Positions 1 to 9,442 of a DNA stretch of 18,728 bases are shown here, piece by piece. Position 1 is the stretch's first letter. Every line of letters starts with the position of its first letter. The stretch is from the NCBI RefSeq assembly GCF_006345805.1, contig NW_021824416.1:1-18728 (forward strand). Reading direction: 5' to 3'. The position numbers were made by a program, and so were the translations under genes. The notes beneath the pieces are model-generated. The model was given only the letters and a program-made list of their open reading frames with translations, was not told the origin of the DNA and did not search any database. The DNA is from Octopus sinensis. Taxonomy: Eukaryota.

Positions 1-90
1 ATAAGTCCTGGGTCGATTTGCTCGACTAAAAGCGGTGCTACAGCATGGCCACAGTCAAATGACTGAAACAAATAAAGGAGTAACAATAAA
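1..90 (+). mobile_element. 3' end of SINE family A (truncated by window edge)
   Basis: Closely matches 17382-17470 (ataagtcctgggtcgatttgctcgactaaa...cagtcaaatgactgaaaca), ending in an A-rich tail. Confidence 0.85.
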
Positions 91-151
91 ACACTTTATT
101 TTTCTTTAACATTGATATTCGAACATTATTTTCCTTTCTATTATGGCTTAC

Positions 152-252
152 AAGGTCTGAAATTTGGGAGAAGGGGGATCGTCGATTTCATCGACCCCAG
201 TGTTCAACTAGTACTTAATTTATCGACCCCGAAAGGATGAAAGGCAAAGTCG
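152..252 (-). mobile_element. SINE family B fragment
   Basis: atcgaccccagtg...tacttaatttatcgaccccgaaaggatgaaaggcaaagtcg is the reverse complement of the family B body at 9560-9625. Confidence 0.85.
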
Positions 253-503
253 GTGTGTATGTGTGTCGATAGGTAGATATACACATGTATTTATAGATAC
301 ACACACACACACTCACACACATATATGTGTATATATTACACGCACGTAATCTCAGCCCCACATGCATATACACAGAGAAGAATTGATGGTGGAACCTGTC
401 CCCAGTTACTCCCCCTGCCATATTTTTTTTTTTTATTTATCTATTTTATAAAGTTATTCATTTATTTATTTGTATATTAGTTGAACCCAACGAATTAACT
501 CAC

Positions 504-536
504 CCCTGCCGATCTCGAATCTTCATACCAACGCCA
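504..536 (-). other. Candidate 33-nt micro-exon
   Basis: Minus strand reads gtgtttattgttAG|tggcgttggtatgaagattcgagatcggcaggg|GTGAGT; length is a multiple of 3 and two frames are open. Splice motifs only, no transcript support. Confidence 0.25.
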
Positions 537-552
537 CTAACAATAAACACTA

Positions 553-745
553 TCACCACCACCACACCACCACCACCACCACCACCACTACTACTACTAC
601 ATATTTTGTATGCGTGTTATATTTACATATATGCATATATATATATACACACGTCCTTAAACACACACACACACACATATACACAACACTCATGGCTTAC
701 CACCCTTCTCCAAATTAATCTCTCACACTCTGTACACACACATAT

Positions 746-785
<40 letters not shown>

Positions 786-1696
786 ACACTCGCACATACT
801 TTCTCACTCCGACACCCTTTGCATCCAATACTATAAACATACATAAACAGTCTACTTATATATATGCATATATATATATACATACATATATACATGTATA
901 AATATGTATACATATGTATATATATATATATATGCAATGTATATATATATATATATAAAATGTATATATGCATGTATATATATATATATATATATATAAG
1001 ATATATATATTATATATAGGTATTATGTATAAACTGTATATATAATATTCATCAACACTCTAACCACCCTACCATACCGACCACCCGATTTTCGTGTTGG
1101 CTATCGACGACACGATCTCTCCCCTCTTACATATAACACCCTACCATCATCACCATCACCCATCACCGAAATCCCACTTTCTCACACTTCACCATGCTGT
1201 CGCTGTTACCCATCCTCCTGCTTCTCCTCTCCCCCCTTCTCCCCACCTCTCTCTCTGTCTCGTCATGTATTTGTGTGTATGAACGTATATATGCGTATGT
1301 ATGAACACGCATACACACACATATATCTTTATATATATATATATATATGAGTGTTTGTGTGTGTGTGTATGCACGCGTGTGCGTGTGTGCGTGTACCTAT
1401 ATATGTATATATGTATGCATGCATATATGTGAGTGTGCGTTTACGTATAAATGTATGTATATATATATATGTGTGTGTGTGTGTTGTGTATGTACGTATA
1501 TATATATATATGTATATCTATATACGTATATATATATATATGTGTGTGTGTGCGTGTGTGTGTGTGAATTTATGTATGTATATATGAGTGTTTGACCTTA
1601 TGCGGACACACCTATATATATATACATGTATGTATGCATGTGTATGTATATATGCACACACACACACACATATACATATACATATAACATATATAT

Positions 1697-1734
<38 letters not shown>

Positions 1735-1790
1735 TCCTCACCCACACAGATACACACTCACACAAAGACACACACGCACACCTATGTGAG
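553..1790. repeat. Compound microsatellite field: (CAC)n, (CA)n, (TA)n, (TG)n, (TATG)n
   Basis: Directly visible di-, tri- and tetranucleotide runs with short unique spacers. Confidence 0.95.
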
Positions 1791-1984
1791 TCTGACACAC
1801 CTTTGTCACACATTTAACCCAGAGTAAAGAAATAAAAATTTACAAAAAGAAAAAAAAGCTAATGAAAGGAAGAGAGAGAGAGAACAATTATTTGAGGAAC
1901 AAAAGATTCGGCAGATGACACAACATTTTCATCTCCACCTTTGTCATTCCTCAGCCAGCTTCTTTCACCAATATCTACACACAC

Positions 1985-2569
1985 CGTACGCCTTCTCGTA
2001 CCGCCACCGTTACCTCTGATACCGCAACCACGCCGCCACCATCAGCGGCGGCAACCACCACCACCACCAACAACAACAACATCAGTAGTAATTATCACCA
2101 ATACGCACCGCCAATGTTATCATCAAAAATCATCATGACACACCTCTCCCTCCCTCCCTTTCTTTCTCTCTCTCTCTCCCTCTCTCCCTCTCCTTTTCTG
2201 TCTCTCCTTCTCTCTCTCTCCGCCGCCACCACCACCACTGCCTCCGCCACCGGCACCGGCATCGCTGTATTAACAACGATAAGAATAACGAGAAGAATGA
2301 TGGCAGCAGTAAAGGTAATTATCACCAAAACCACCGCAAACACCATCACCACTGCACCCCACACCCCCCGCCCCCCGCACCGCCCTGTCCCGCCCCCGCC
2401 CGCCTCCGCATCACCATCATTACCAACACTACCGCCGCCGCCGCCGCCACTATTACCTCGACCACTAAGTCAACAACAACTGCAGTAAATTACTGCATCA
2501 AACGGCGGATATACACAAGGTGACACACCCCCTGCCACCATCATCACTACCACCTCCACCACCACCACC

Positions 2570-2601
<32 letters not shown>

Positions 2602-2841
2602 CAACAACAATAACAACCGTAAGAAGTAACAATACAGAAGCTAACACTACCAGTACTACTACTACTACTGCCACAGAGACCGCCAACAAGAACATGTTTG
2701 TCACCACAACCACAACTACCACCACAGCAAAATAACCACAGCAACCAATACAGCCACTAGCGCCACCACACAAAATCATCCCTTGCTATCATAACCACCA
2801 TCATAACCACCATTATAACTACTACTGCTGCTACTACTACT

Positions 2842-2878
<37 letters not shown>

Positions 2879-2975
2879 CACTATAATCAATCACCGTCGT
2901 AGCTACTACTACAGCCACCATCATAACCACCGTTGTAACGGACACTACAACCATCATCATAACCACCATCTTAAC
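1985..2975. repeat. Degenerate trinucleotide/low-complexity tract: (CAC)n, (CT)n, (GCC)n, (ACA)n, (CTA)n
   Basis: Visible runs; strongly C/A-rich plus strand. Confidence 0.9.
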
Positions 2976-3034
2976 TGCCGGTTTGCCAATAAAGGTCAAT
3001 AGACTAAGTGAAGTTCCCTTTTCGAGTTTTGCTA

Positions 3035-3232
3035 ACACATGAGGGCCGGTTTCCCGGTTCCTGTGGCATAGTTATTCCCTCCCCCTGGATGAGGCGGGGG
3101 TCCATCACTGGATTATTCCTTTTTGCCAGTTGAGTGGACTGCAGTAATATGAAATGAAGTGTCTTGCTCAAGAACACAGTATACAGAACACAACGCATTG
3201 GCCGGGTCCATGAATCGAAACTACAATCCCGT
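3035..3232 (-). mobile_element. tRNA-derived SINE with CORE-like and V-domain-like segments, 5' end lost at the minisatellite
   Basis: Minus strand: degenerate B-box (gtttcgattc), then tgtgttcttgagcaagacacttcatttca (shared with 7670-7705), then ccagtgatggacccccgcctcatccagggg resembling the V-SINE domain (from memory). Confidence 0.7.
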
Positions 3233-5045
3233 TCCTCGTAGGAACTTTCCAGGAAGTTCTTCCTCCCCTCCTCCCCTTCTTAGTAATTTCCCAGAAGTTC
3301 TTGCCCCTCCTCCCTTTCCTGGGAATTTTCCTGGAAGTCCTTTCTCCCCTCCTACCGCTCAACGGAACTTTCCAGGAAGTTCTTCCTCCCCTCCTCCCCT
3401 TCTTAGTAATTTCCCGGAAGTTCTTGCCCCTCCTCCCTTTCCTGGGAATTTTCCTGGAAGTCCTTTCTCCCCTCCTACCGCTCAACGGAACTTTCCAGGA
3501 ATTCGTTCCTCCCTTCATCGCATCATTCTAGGTAGTTCTTCCTCCCCTCCTCCGGTTCCTCTGAATATTCCAGGCAGTTCTGGCAGCCCTCCTCTCATCC
3601 TCGGGACATTCCAGGATTTCCTTCCTCTCTCGTCCCCGTCATCGGAACATTCCAGGAAGTTCCTCCTCCCTCTCATACCTCGGAATATTCCAGAAAGTCC
3701 TTCCCCCTCCTGCTCTTCCTCGGAGCTTTCCAGGAAGTCCTTCATCCACACATTGGAACTTTCCAGGAAGTTCTTCCATCCCTCCTCCCCTTCCACGGAA
3801 CTTTAAAGGAAATTCTTCCTCCCCATTATCCCCTTTCTCGGAACTGTCCAGGATGTCCTTCCTCCCTTTCCGCGGAATATCCAGTAAGTTCTTCCTCCCC
3901 TTCTCCCCTCCTAGGAATTTTCCAGGAATTCCTTGCCCTACTTCCCCTTCCTAGGAATTTTCCAAGAAGTCCTCCCCTTCCTGGGAATTTTCTAGGAAGT
4001 TCTTCCTCCCCTCCTCTCCGTCATCGGAACTTTCCAAGAAGTTCTTCCAACCTTCCTTTCCACGAAGTCATTTCCCCACCTTCCCTTCCGAGGAACTTTC
4101 CAGGAATTTCTTCCACACTTTCTCCCTCCTTGGAACCTTCCAAGAAGTCCTTCCTCCCATGCTTGGAACTGTCCAGGAATGTCTGCCTCCCTTCCTCATG
4201 GGAACGTTCTAGGAAGTCCTTCCTCAGAAGTTTCCATGAAGTTCTTCCCCTCTCTCCTCTTCCTCAGAAGTTTCCAGGAAGTCTTTCCCATCAACCCCTT
4301 CCTCGGAACTTTCCAGGATGTTCTTCCTCCCCTTCCCAGGAATTTCTAGGAAGTCCTTGCCCGTCTTCTCTTCCTGGGAGCTTTTCAGGAAGTCCTTCTT
4401 GTCCTCATTTGAACTTTTAGGAAGTTACTCACTCCCTCCTCCACTTCCTCGGAAGATTCCTGGAAATTCTTCATCAACGTCCTTGAGCTTATCCAGGAAG
4501 TCCTTCCTCCCCTCCTAGTAAATTCTCAGGAATTTCGTCCCTTCCTCGGAACTTTCCAAGAAGTCCTTCCTCCCATCCCTGGAACTTTTCAGGAAGTTCT
4601 GCCTCCCCGCCCCGTGGGAACTTTCCAAGAAGTCCTTCCTCGGAACTTTCCATTAAGTCTTCCCCCTCCTGCCCTTGCTTGGAACTTTCCAAGAATATCT
4701 TGATGCCCTGTTTGGAACTTTCCAGGATGTTCTTCCACACCTCCTTTCCCTTCCTCGGAATTTTCAAGGAAATTCTTCCTCCCCATTCTCCCTTCCTCGG
4801 AACTTTCCAGAATGTTCTCCCCCCCTTCCTAGGAATTCCCAGGAATTCCTCCCCTTCCTGGGAATCTTCCAGGATGTTCTTCCTCTCTCTCCTCCCCTTC
4901 CTCGGAACGTTGCAGGAAATTCTCTTTTCCGCCCCTCCCATTCCTCGGAACTTTCCAGGAAGTCTTTCCCCCATCCTGGCTTTCCTCGGATCTTTCTTGG
5001 AAGTATTTCCTCCACATCTTGGAACTTTCCAGGAAATTCTTCCAC
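3233..5045. repeat. CT-rich minisatellite, about 30-45-bp units with conserved core TTCCTCGGAACTTTCCAGGAAG
   Basis: Core recurs roughly every 40 bp over 1.8 kb, separated by variable C/T linkers. Confidence 0.93.
3241..3501 (+). repeat. 123-bp higher-order tandem duplication (3 monomers) within the minisatellite
   Basis: 3241-3363 and 3364-3486 are near-identical (ttcccagaa vs ttcccggaa); a third copy starts at 3487. Confidence 0.92.
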
Positions 5046-5175
5046 GGCTGAACACTTCCCCCAAAATTTCTGGCTTTGCTGCCATTTCTTGTAGGTCAAG
5101 TAAGCACAAAGAAGCCTCTCGTTAGACATGCTTTGCTAACGTGTCCTATCGTCTCTAGTGGAATATCTAGAAATA

Positions 5176-5297
5176 GGCGCAGGCATGGCTGTGTAGTAAG
5201 AAGTTTGCTTCCCAGCCGCATGATTCCTGGTTCACGCCCGCTGTGTGGTACCTTATGTAAGTGTCTTTCTACTATTGCTCCAGGTCGACCAAAACCA
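5176..5297 (+). mobile_element. 5' part of SINE family A (tRNA-like head plus CORE-like segment)
   Basis: ggcgcaggcatggctgtgtagtaagaagtttgcttccc...aagtgtctttctactattgc aligns with 17057-17175. Confidence 0.8.
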
Positions 5298-5483
5298 CGA
5301 CGCTTTTGCCCATAGATATCTATTATGAGTTATAGTCAGTTGAAATATTTTGGAGACACGCGATCAATTTCTTCTAGAAAACTACATGACTTCTCTCTGC
5401 GTAATGATATATCATTAATCATCACACATTTAACTCTAACAAACGCAAGCGGTTAGAATAGTTTTTAGGAAAGGAAATACTGC

Positions 5484-5612
5484 TTGACTGGTAGTTCATT
5501 ATATTGATCCCAGAAGGATTAACGGCAAAGTTTATCACGGTGGCTTTTCAACTCAGAAAGTAAAGAGCCGTAACTAAATACCGATGCTCTAACGACTCTA
5601 CTAATCTACCGT
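5484..5612 (-). mobile_element. Degenerate SINE family B copy
   Basis: actggtag...gatcccagaaggattaacggcaaagt...caactcagaa resembles the family B reverse complement. Confidence 0.65.
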
Positions 5613-5989
5613 CAATATTAATTACATGTTAAAATGCGATTGAATTATTTCTCCTATCCCATATCATCGGACATTTTACACGTCAATAATTTTCTGTAAT
5701 AAATTTTATATTTTGCATTTATATTTAACTTTTTTTGCAATTATCGTTTATATAGCTTTTTTAATAACAAAATACTATACGGATGTTCAAAAAAGCATCA
5801 GATCTTTCCTTCTTTTCTCTCTTCTTTTCATATTTTCTCTCTGTTCTTCTCTCATTTTGACATAGACTGGTTCTATAAATTTGCTTTAATACACCAAAAT
5901 ATATAGTGAAGCCTTTCCTTTACCTTCTTTGCCAATTTAAAATATTTTATTTCCTTCTTTAAGTCTTCTTCATTTCAGATTACATATAC

Positions 5990-6240
5990 TGTATTTATGT
6001 ATGCGTATATTCTTGCATGCATGTATGTATGTATGTATGAATATTCTCTTTCTCTTTTTAATTTAGAGTTAATTTTGACCGGCCATCTGCTTTATAGCAA
6101 GGCTATGAAGGAAGACATCGTGTTTTGTTCATTATCCTTTAAATGTATGTCTGTAATGTATGAAAGTATGAACGAGCATTTGTGTATATGTGAATATATA
6201 TGTATATGTATATGCATATGTATATGTATATATATATATA

Positions 6241-6279
<39 letters not shown>

Positions 6280-6464
6280 TATATATATATATATATATAG
6301 ATATGGTATATATATTACATATACATATATATATATATATGTATATGAACGAGTATTTGTGTATATGTGAATAAAATAGTATACGTATATATAACATATA
6401 CATACAATATATATATATATATAATATGTATTTATATATGATATATATATATACATAATATAGA

Positions 6465-6511
<47 letters not shown>

Positions 6512-6610
6512 TACATATACATACATATATATATGTATATGTATATATGTGTGTATGTGTATATCTGTATGCGTGTGTGTATGTATATGTATGTACTTAT
6601 ATATATATCA
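5990..6610. repeat. (TA)n/(TATG)n microsatellite field
   Basis: Long TA runs at about 6195-6345 and 6405-6510. Confidence 0.95.
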
Positions 6611-7261
6611 ACGCAATAATATATTACATCGTTAATATAGTTTTTGTAAACACTAGATTACATGATTGCTCACATTCGCTTCCATTCCACTCACCCTGGC
6701 TTTCTTCTCATATTCTTTCATTCTCCTTCTTCCTTTATTCATGTCTTCCACCTTTATTTTCTTCTCTTTTATGTTTTTTTTTCTATATCTTTCATTTTTA
6801 ATCATTTTAAAATTTTCCATTACCCATACACAGCTCCACACTGTCTACATTTCGTAACCATACTTTCTTCATATTCATATTCAGCACAAAGCTGGTGAGC
6901 TCACAGAGATTGTCAACATGCCAGACAAAAATTACTCATCCGTGTCTTACTCAGCGGCAAATACTGTTAAATGCAAAAACGTAATATTCAGAATCAGAGC
7001 CATGTTAACAACGTTAAATTTCAGTCCCAATGTAGTCCCGTGTAACCCCGAAATCCCTACAGAAAGACAGCGTAGGTAGATAAAATTTGAGGCTGTATCT
7101 TCATAGAGTCCTGGGACTATTTCCCAGTGATTCCATGCCTGAAAATAGCATTTATTCCTGTTTTACGTCCCGAGATCGATACGTTTTTTATCCCTTCGGC
7201 ATCCTTTCTCTGAAATTGCTGGCCTTGTGCCAAAGTTTGAAACCATTTATATTCAACCCTA

Positions 7262-7448
7262 AAATGATGACCTTGCAGAATGGTTAGCATGCTGGATTCA
7301 ATGATTAGCGTTTCTTCTGGCTTCAAATTCCGCTGAGGTCAACTTTGCTTTTCATACTTTACGGTCGATAAAATAAATACCGGTCGAACACAGGGGTCGA
7401 TGTGATCGACTAGTCACCTCTCCAGAATCTCAGGCTTTGCACCTATAG
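7262..7448 (+). mobile_element. SINE family B copy
   Basis: gcagaatggttagcatgc...ttcaaattccgctgaggtcaactttgcttttcat...ggtcgataaaataaatacc...ggggtcgatgt. Confidence 0.8.
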
Positions 7449-7449
7449 G

Positions 7450-7745
7450 CACCCCACTTCGGCCATGAATGTGCATGGGATTGTATCTAGAAAGTTGCCC
7501 TCCGAGGCAGAAATCCGGGCAAGGTTGTTTGTGGAAGATCAGCAGTCGTCCATGCATACCAGCTTCCACTCTCCACGCCACCGATGTTATCCAAGAGAAA
7601 GACGAAGGCCGACACAGCTTGGTACCAGTGACGTTGCTACTCATTTCTACAGCTGACTGAACTGGAGCAATGTGAAATAAAGTGTCTTGCCCAAGAACAC
7701 AACACACAGCCCGGTCCGGTAATCGAACTCAATACCTCATGGTTT
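7450..7745 (-). mobile_element. tRNA-derived SINE (family C): B-box, CORE-like segment, distinct 3' body
   Basis: Minus strand: gagttcgattacc (B-box), tgtgttcttgggcaagacactttatttcac, shared with the 3035-3232 element but with a different 3' half. Confidence 0.75.
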
Positions 7746-7915
7746 ACATTCAATACTAACTGTAAAAGGCCTCGACAACCGATCACATTACATGCTAGAA
7801 AATTTCAACGATAGCTCATTTAACGTTATGATCAATACTATTTTCAGGTATGGAACCACTGGGAAATAGTCCCAGGCCTCTTCGAAGATACAGCCCGCAA
7901 AACAGCGAAAACCCG

Positions 7916-8140
7916 GCAGATTCAAACGTGAATATCTGATTGACGTGCTGATCGATTATATATTCATCATCTAAAGCAGCCATCATGAGCAATCTGCGCT
8001 TCGTGGGACGTTCTGAATAGCATGATCAGGTCAGTCTGATGATGAGCCATGTCTTATGCGGCCAGCTTCACAAAAGGAAGTCGCCCATGTTCTCCGGTGA
8101 CGAAAAACAACAACAGTCAGGTATATACATTTGAATCTGC
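7916..8140. mobile_element. 225-bp MITE-like element with 27-bp imperfect terminal inverted repeats
   Basis: gcagattcaaacgtgaatatctgattg (7916-7942) vs the reverse complement of 8114-8140, gcagattcaaatgtatatacctgactg: 22/27 identical, outer 11 exact. No obvious TSD. Confidence 0.55.
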
Positions 8141-8270
8141 GAAAGAGTATTATTAAAAATAAGTAGATACGTAATTGTTTCATTCTTTTATATTTTCAGA
8201 AAAAAACATGGTTGGTTTTTTAACGAGTGCTATACTTATATTAGAAGAATTAATAAATTTATGGGGGGGG

Positions 8271-8876
8271 GGGGCGTAGCTGTGATGTAAGAAGTTTGCT
8301 TCCTAACGACGTAGTTTCGGGTTCCATCCCACTGCGTGGTGCCTTGGGGATACTATATCTTCTACTACAGCCTCGGCCCGATCAAAGCCTTGTGAATGGA
8401 TTTAGTAGACGGAAACTTAATGAAGCCTGTTGTACATATGTGTTTGTACCTTTGTGTCTGTGTTTGTTGGTGTGTTTACACCCCCGTAACTTAGCGGTCC
8501 GGCAACAGAGACCGATAGAATAAGTACGATGCTTACAAAAAAAAAATGTACTGGGGTCGATTTTTCGAGTTAGACCCTGCGTACCGTGTTCTCTTCACTG
8601 AGGATCCGGCTGAGTTGACGGCTCGTTTTCGATGACCTCATACCACATGGTCAGGACAGATGAGGGGGTAACTCGCAGAGATGGGGAATGCCTGAAATTC
8701 TGCATGAAGGCTTACCCGGAAGGATCTGCAAATATACCAAAGAGTGGTGAAGCAGAAACGCGCTGCGACGGCACTTGTCCCTGCATGTTACTTGAATGGG
8801 ATCGATTCGTTCGACTAAAATTCTTCAAAGCATGGCCATAGGCTAATCACTGAAACAAGTAAAAGATTAAAGATAA
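8271..8876 (+). mobile_element. SINE family A copy interrupted by about 220 bp of unrelated sequence
   Basis: 8271-8572 aligns with 17057-17410; 8797-8876 resumes with the 3' end (ttcgactaaa...cactgaaacaagtaaaaga). Confidence 0.8.
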
Positions 8877-9047
8877 ACACATGCTTACTTCGAAACATTA
8901 CTAACTAATCAATGTGATTACATTCTCTGCGGCCTCTTGACCTGATGGAAATGTCAACCAAAATCTACCTGAAATCGCACTTTAATGGCTTAAAGACCAA
9001 TTCATAAGAAAAAAAAAAAGCAGAAAGACAAGATAGTCACTCCCGAA

Positions 9048-9115
9048 CAGTGGTTCCAAAGAGGACGATGCTGCCCCTCTGGGGACGGTGAAACGATCCA
9101 TGGAGTTCATGAAAT
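9048..9115 (+). mobile_element. Possible hAT/Charlie-type transposon end
   Basis: Starts cagtggttccaaa, resembling the CAGTGGTTCCCAA hAT terminus, followed by a gcccctctggggac subterminal palindrome; no partner end found. Confidence 0.35.
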
Positions 9116-9124
9116 ACCTACATA

Positions 9125-9293
9125 TATATACAACGGGTTTCTTTCAGTTTCCGTCAATCACATTGACTCACAAGGCTTTTGACGGCCCGAGATTATAGTA
9201 GGAGACGCTTGCCCAAATTGTCATGCAGTGGGACTGAACTTGTAACCATGTGGTTGGGAAGCAAACTTGTTACCACACAGCCACGCTTGCATC
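9125..9293 (-). mobile_element. SINE family A, 5' half
   Basis: Reverse complement of 17057-17225 (tttcagtttccgtc...cacaaggcttt...cagtgggactgaac...ttaccacacagccac). Confidence 0.88.
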
Positions 9294-9358
9294 TACGTCT
9301 TATAGTACCTACGGTTCAATAAATACTTGTTTGTATTCAATAGCCTTCAGTTCGCGTG

Positions 9359-9442
9359 AAGGCACGTGGCTAGGTGGTTAGCGGCATTCGGCTCACGTTC
9401 GTAAAATCGTGAGTTCAATTCCCGTTGACGCGTTGTCTCCTT
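9359..9442 (+). mobile_element. tRNA-derived SINE head with Pol III A and B boxes
   Basis: A-box tggctaggtgg (9367-9377), B-box gagttcaattcc (9411-9422); no acceptor stem, so not a real tRNA. Confidence 0.7.

Larger units (their letters stand above)
7091..7895. mobile_element. Inverted-repeat element (probable MITE/DNA transposon relic) with 62-bp arms and nested SINEs
   Basis: 7091-7152 is the reverse complement of 7834-7895 at 56/62 positions (manual alignment). Confidence 0.65.

Noticed and set aside
606-1827. Many ORFs rich in YI/HT/CV dipeptides (also 5997-6526, 10794-12374, 17846-18618)
   Set aside because: Translations of (TA)n, (CA)n and (CATA)n microsatellites, open in several frames on both strands.
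3233-5045. CRISPR-like array (palindromic repeat plus variable spacer)
   Set aside because: Spacers are low-complexity, related to each other and irregular in length; no cas genes; eukaryotic context.
3159-5129. Pro/Ser-rich repeat ORFs (RNFPGSSS...) up to 215 aa
   Set aside because: Products of the CT minisatellite; unit lengths are not constrained to multiples of 3, the motif hops between frames, and the first ORF starts inside a SINE.
6870-6900. Apparent 10-nt plus-strand exon (ttcag|cacaaagctg|gtgagc)
   Set aside because: The donor-like sequence is the start of a degenerate family B SINE head, and the length would shift frame.
8590-8640. Possible hammerhead ribozyme (ctgagga...)
   Set aside because: No correctly placed GAAA or stems on either strand by eye.
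9359-9430. tRNA gene
   Set aside because: A and B boxes are present but there is no acceptor stem or proper cloverleaf; it is a SINE head.
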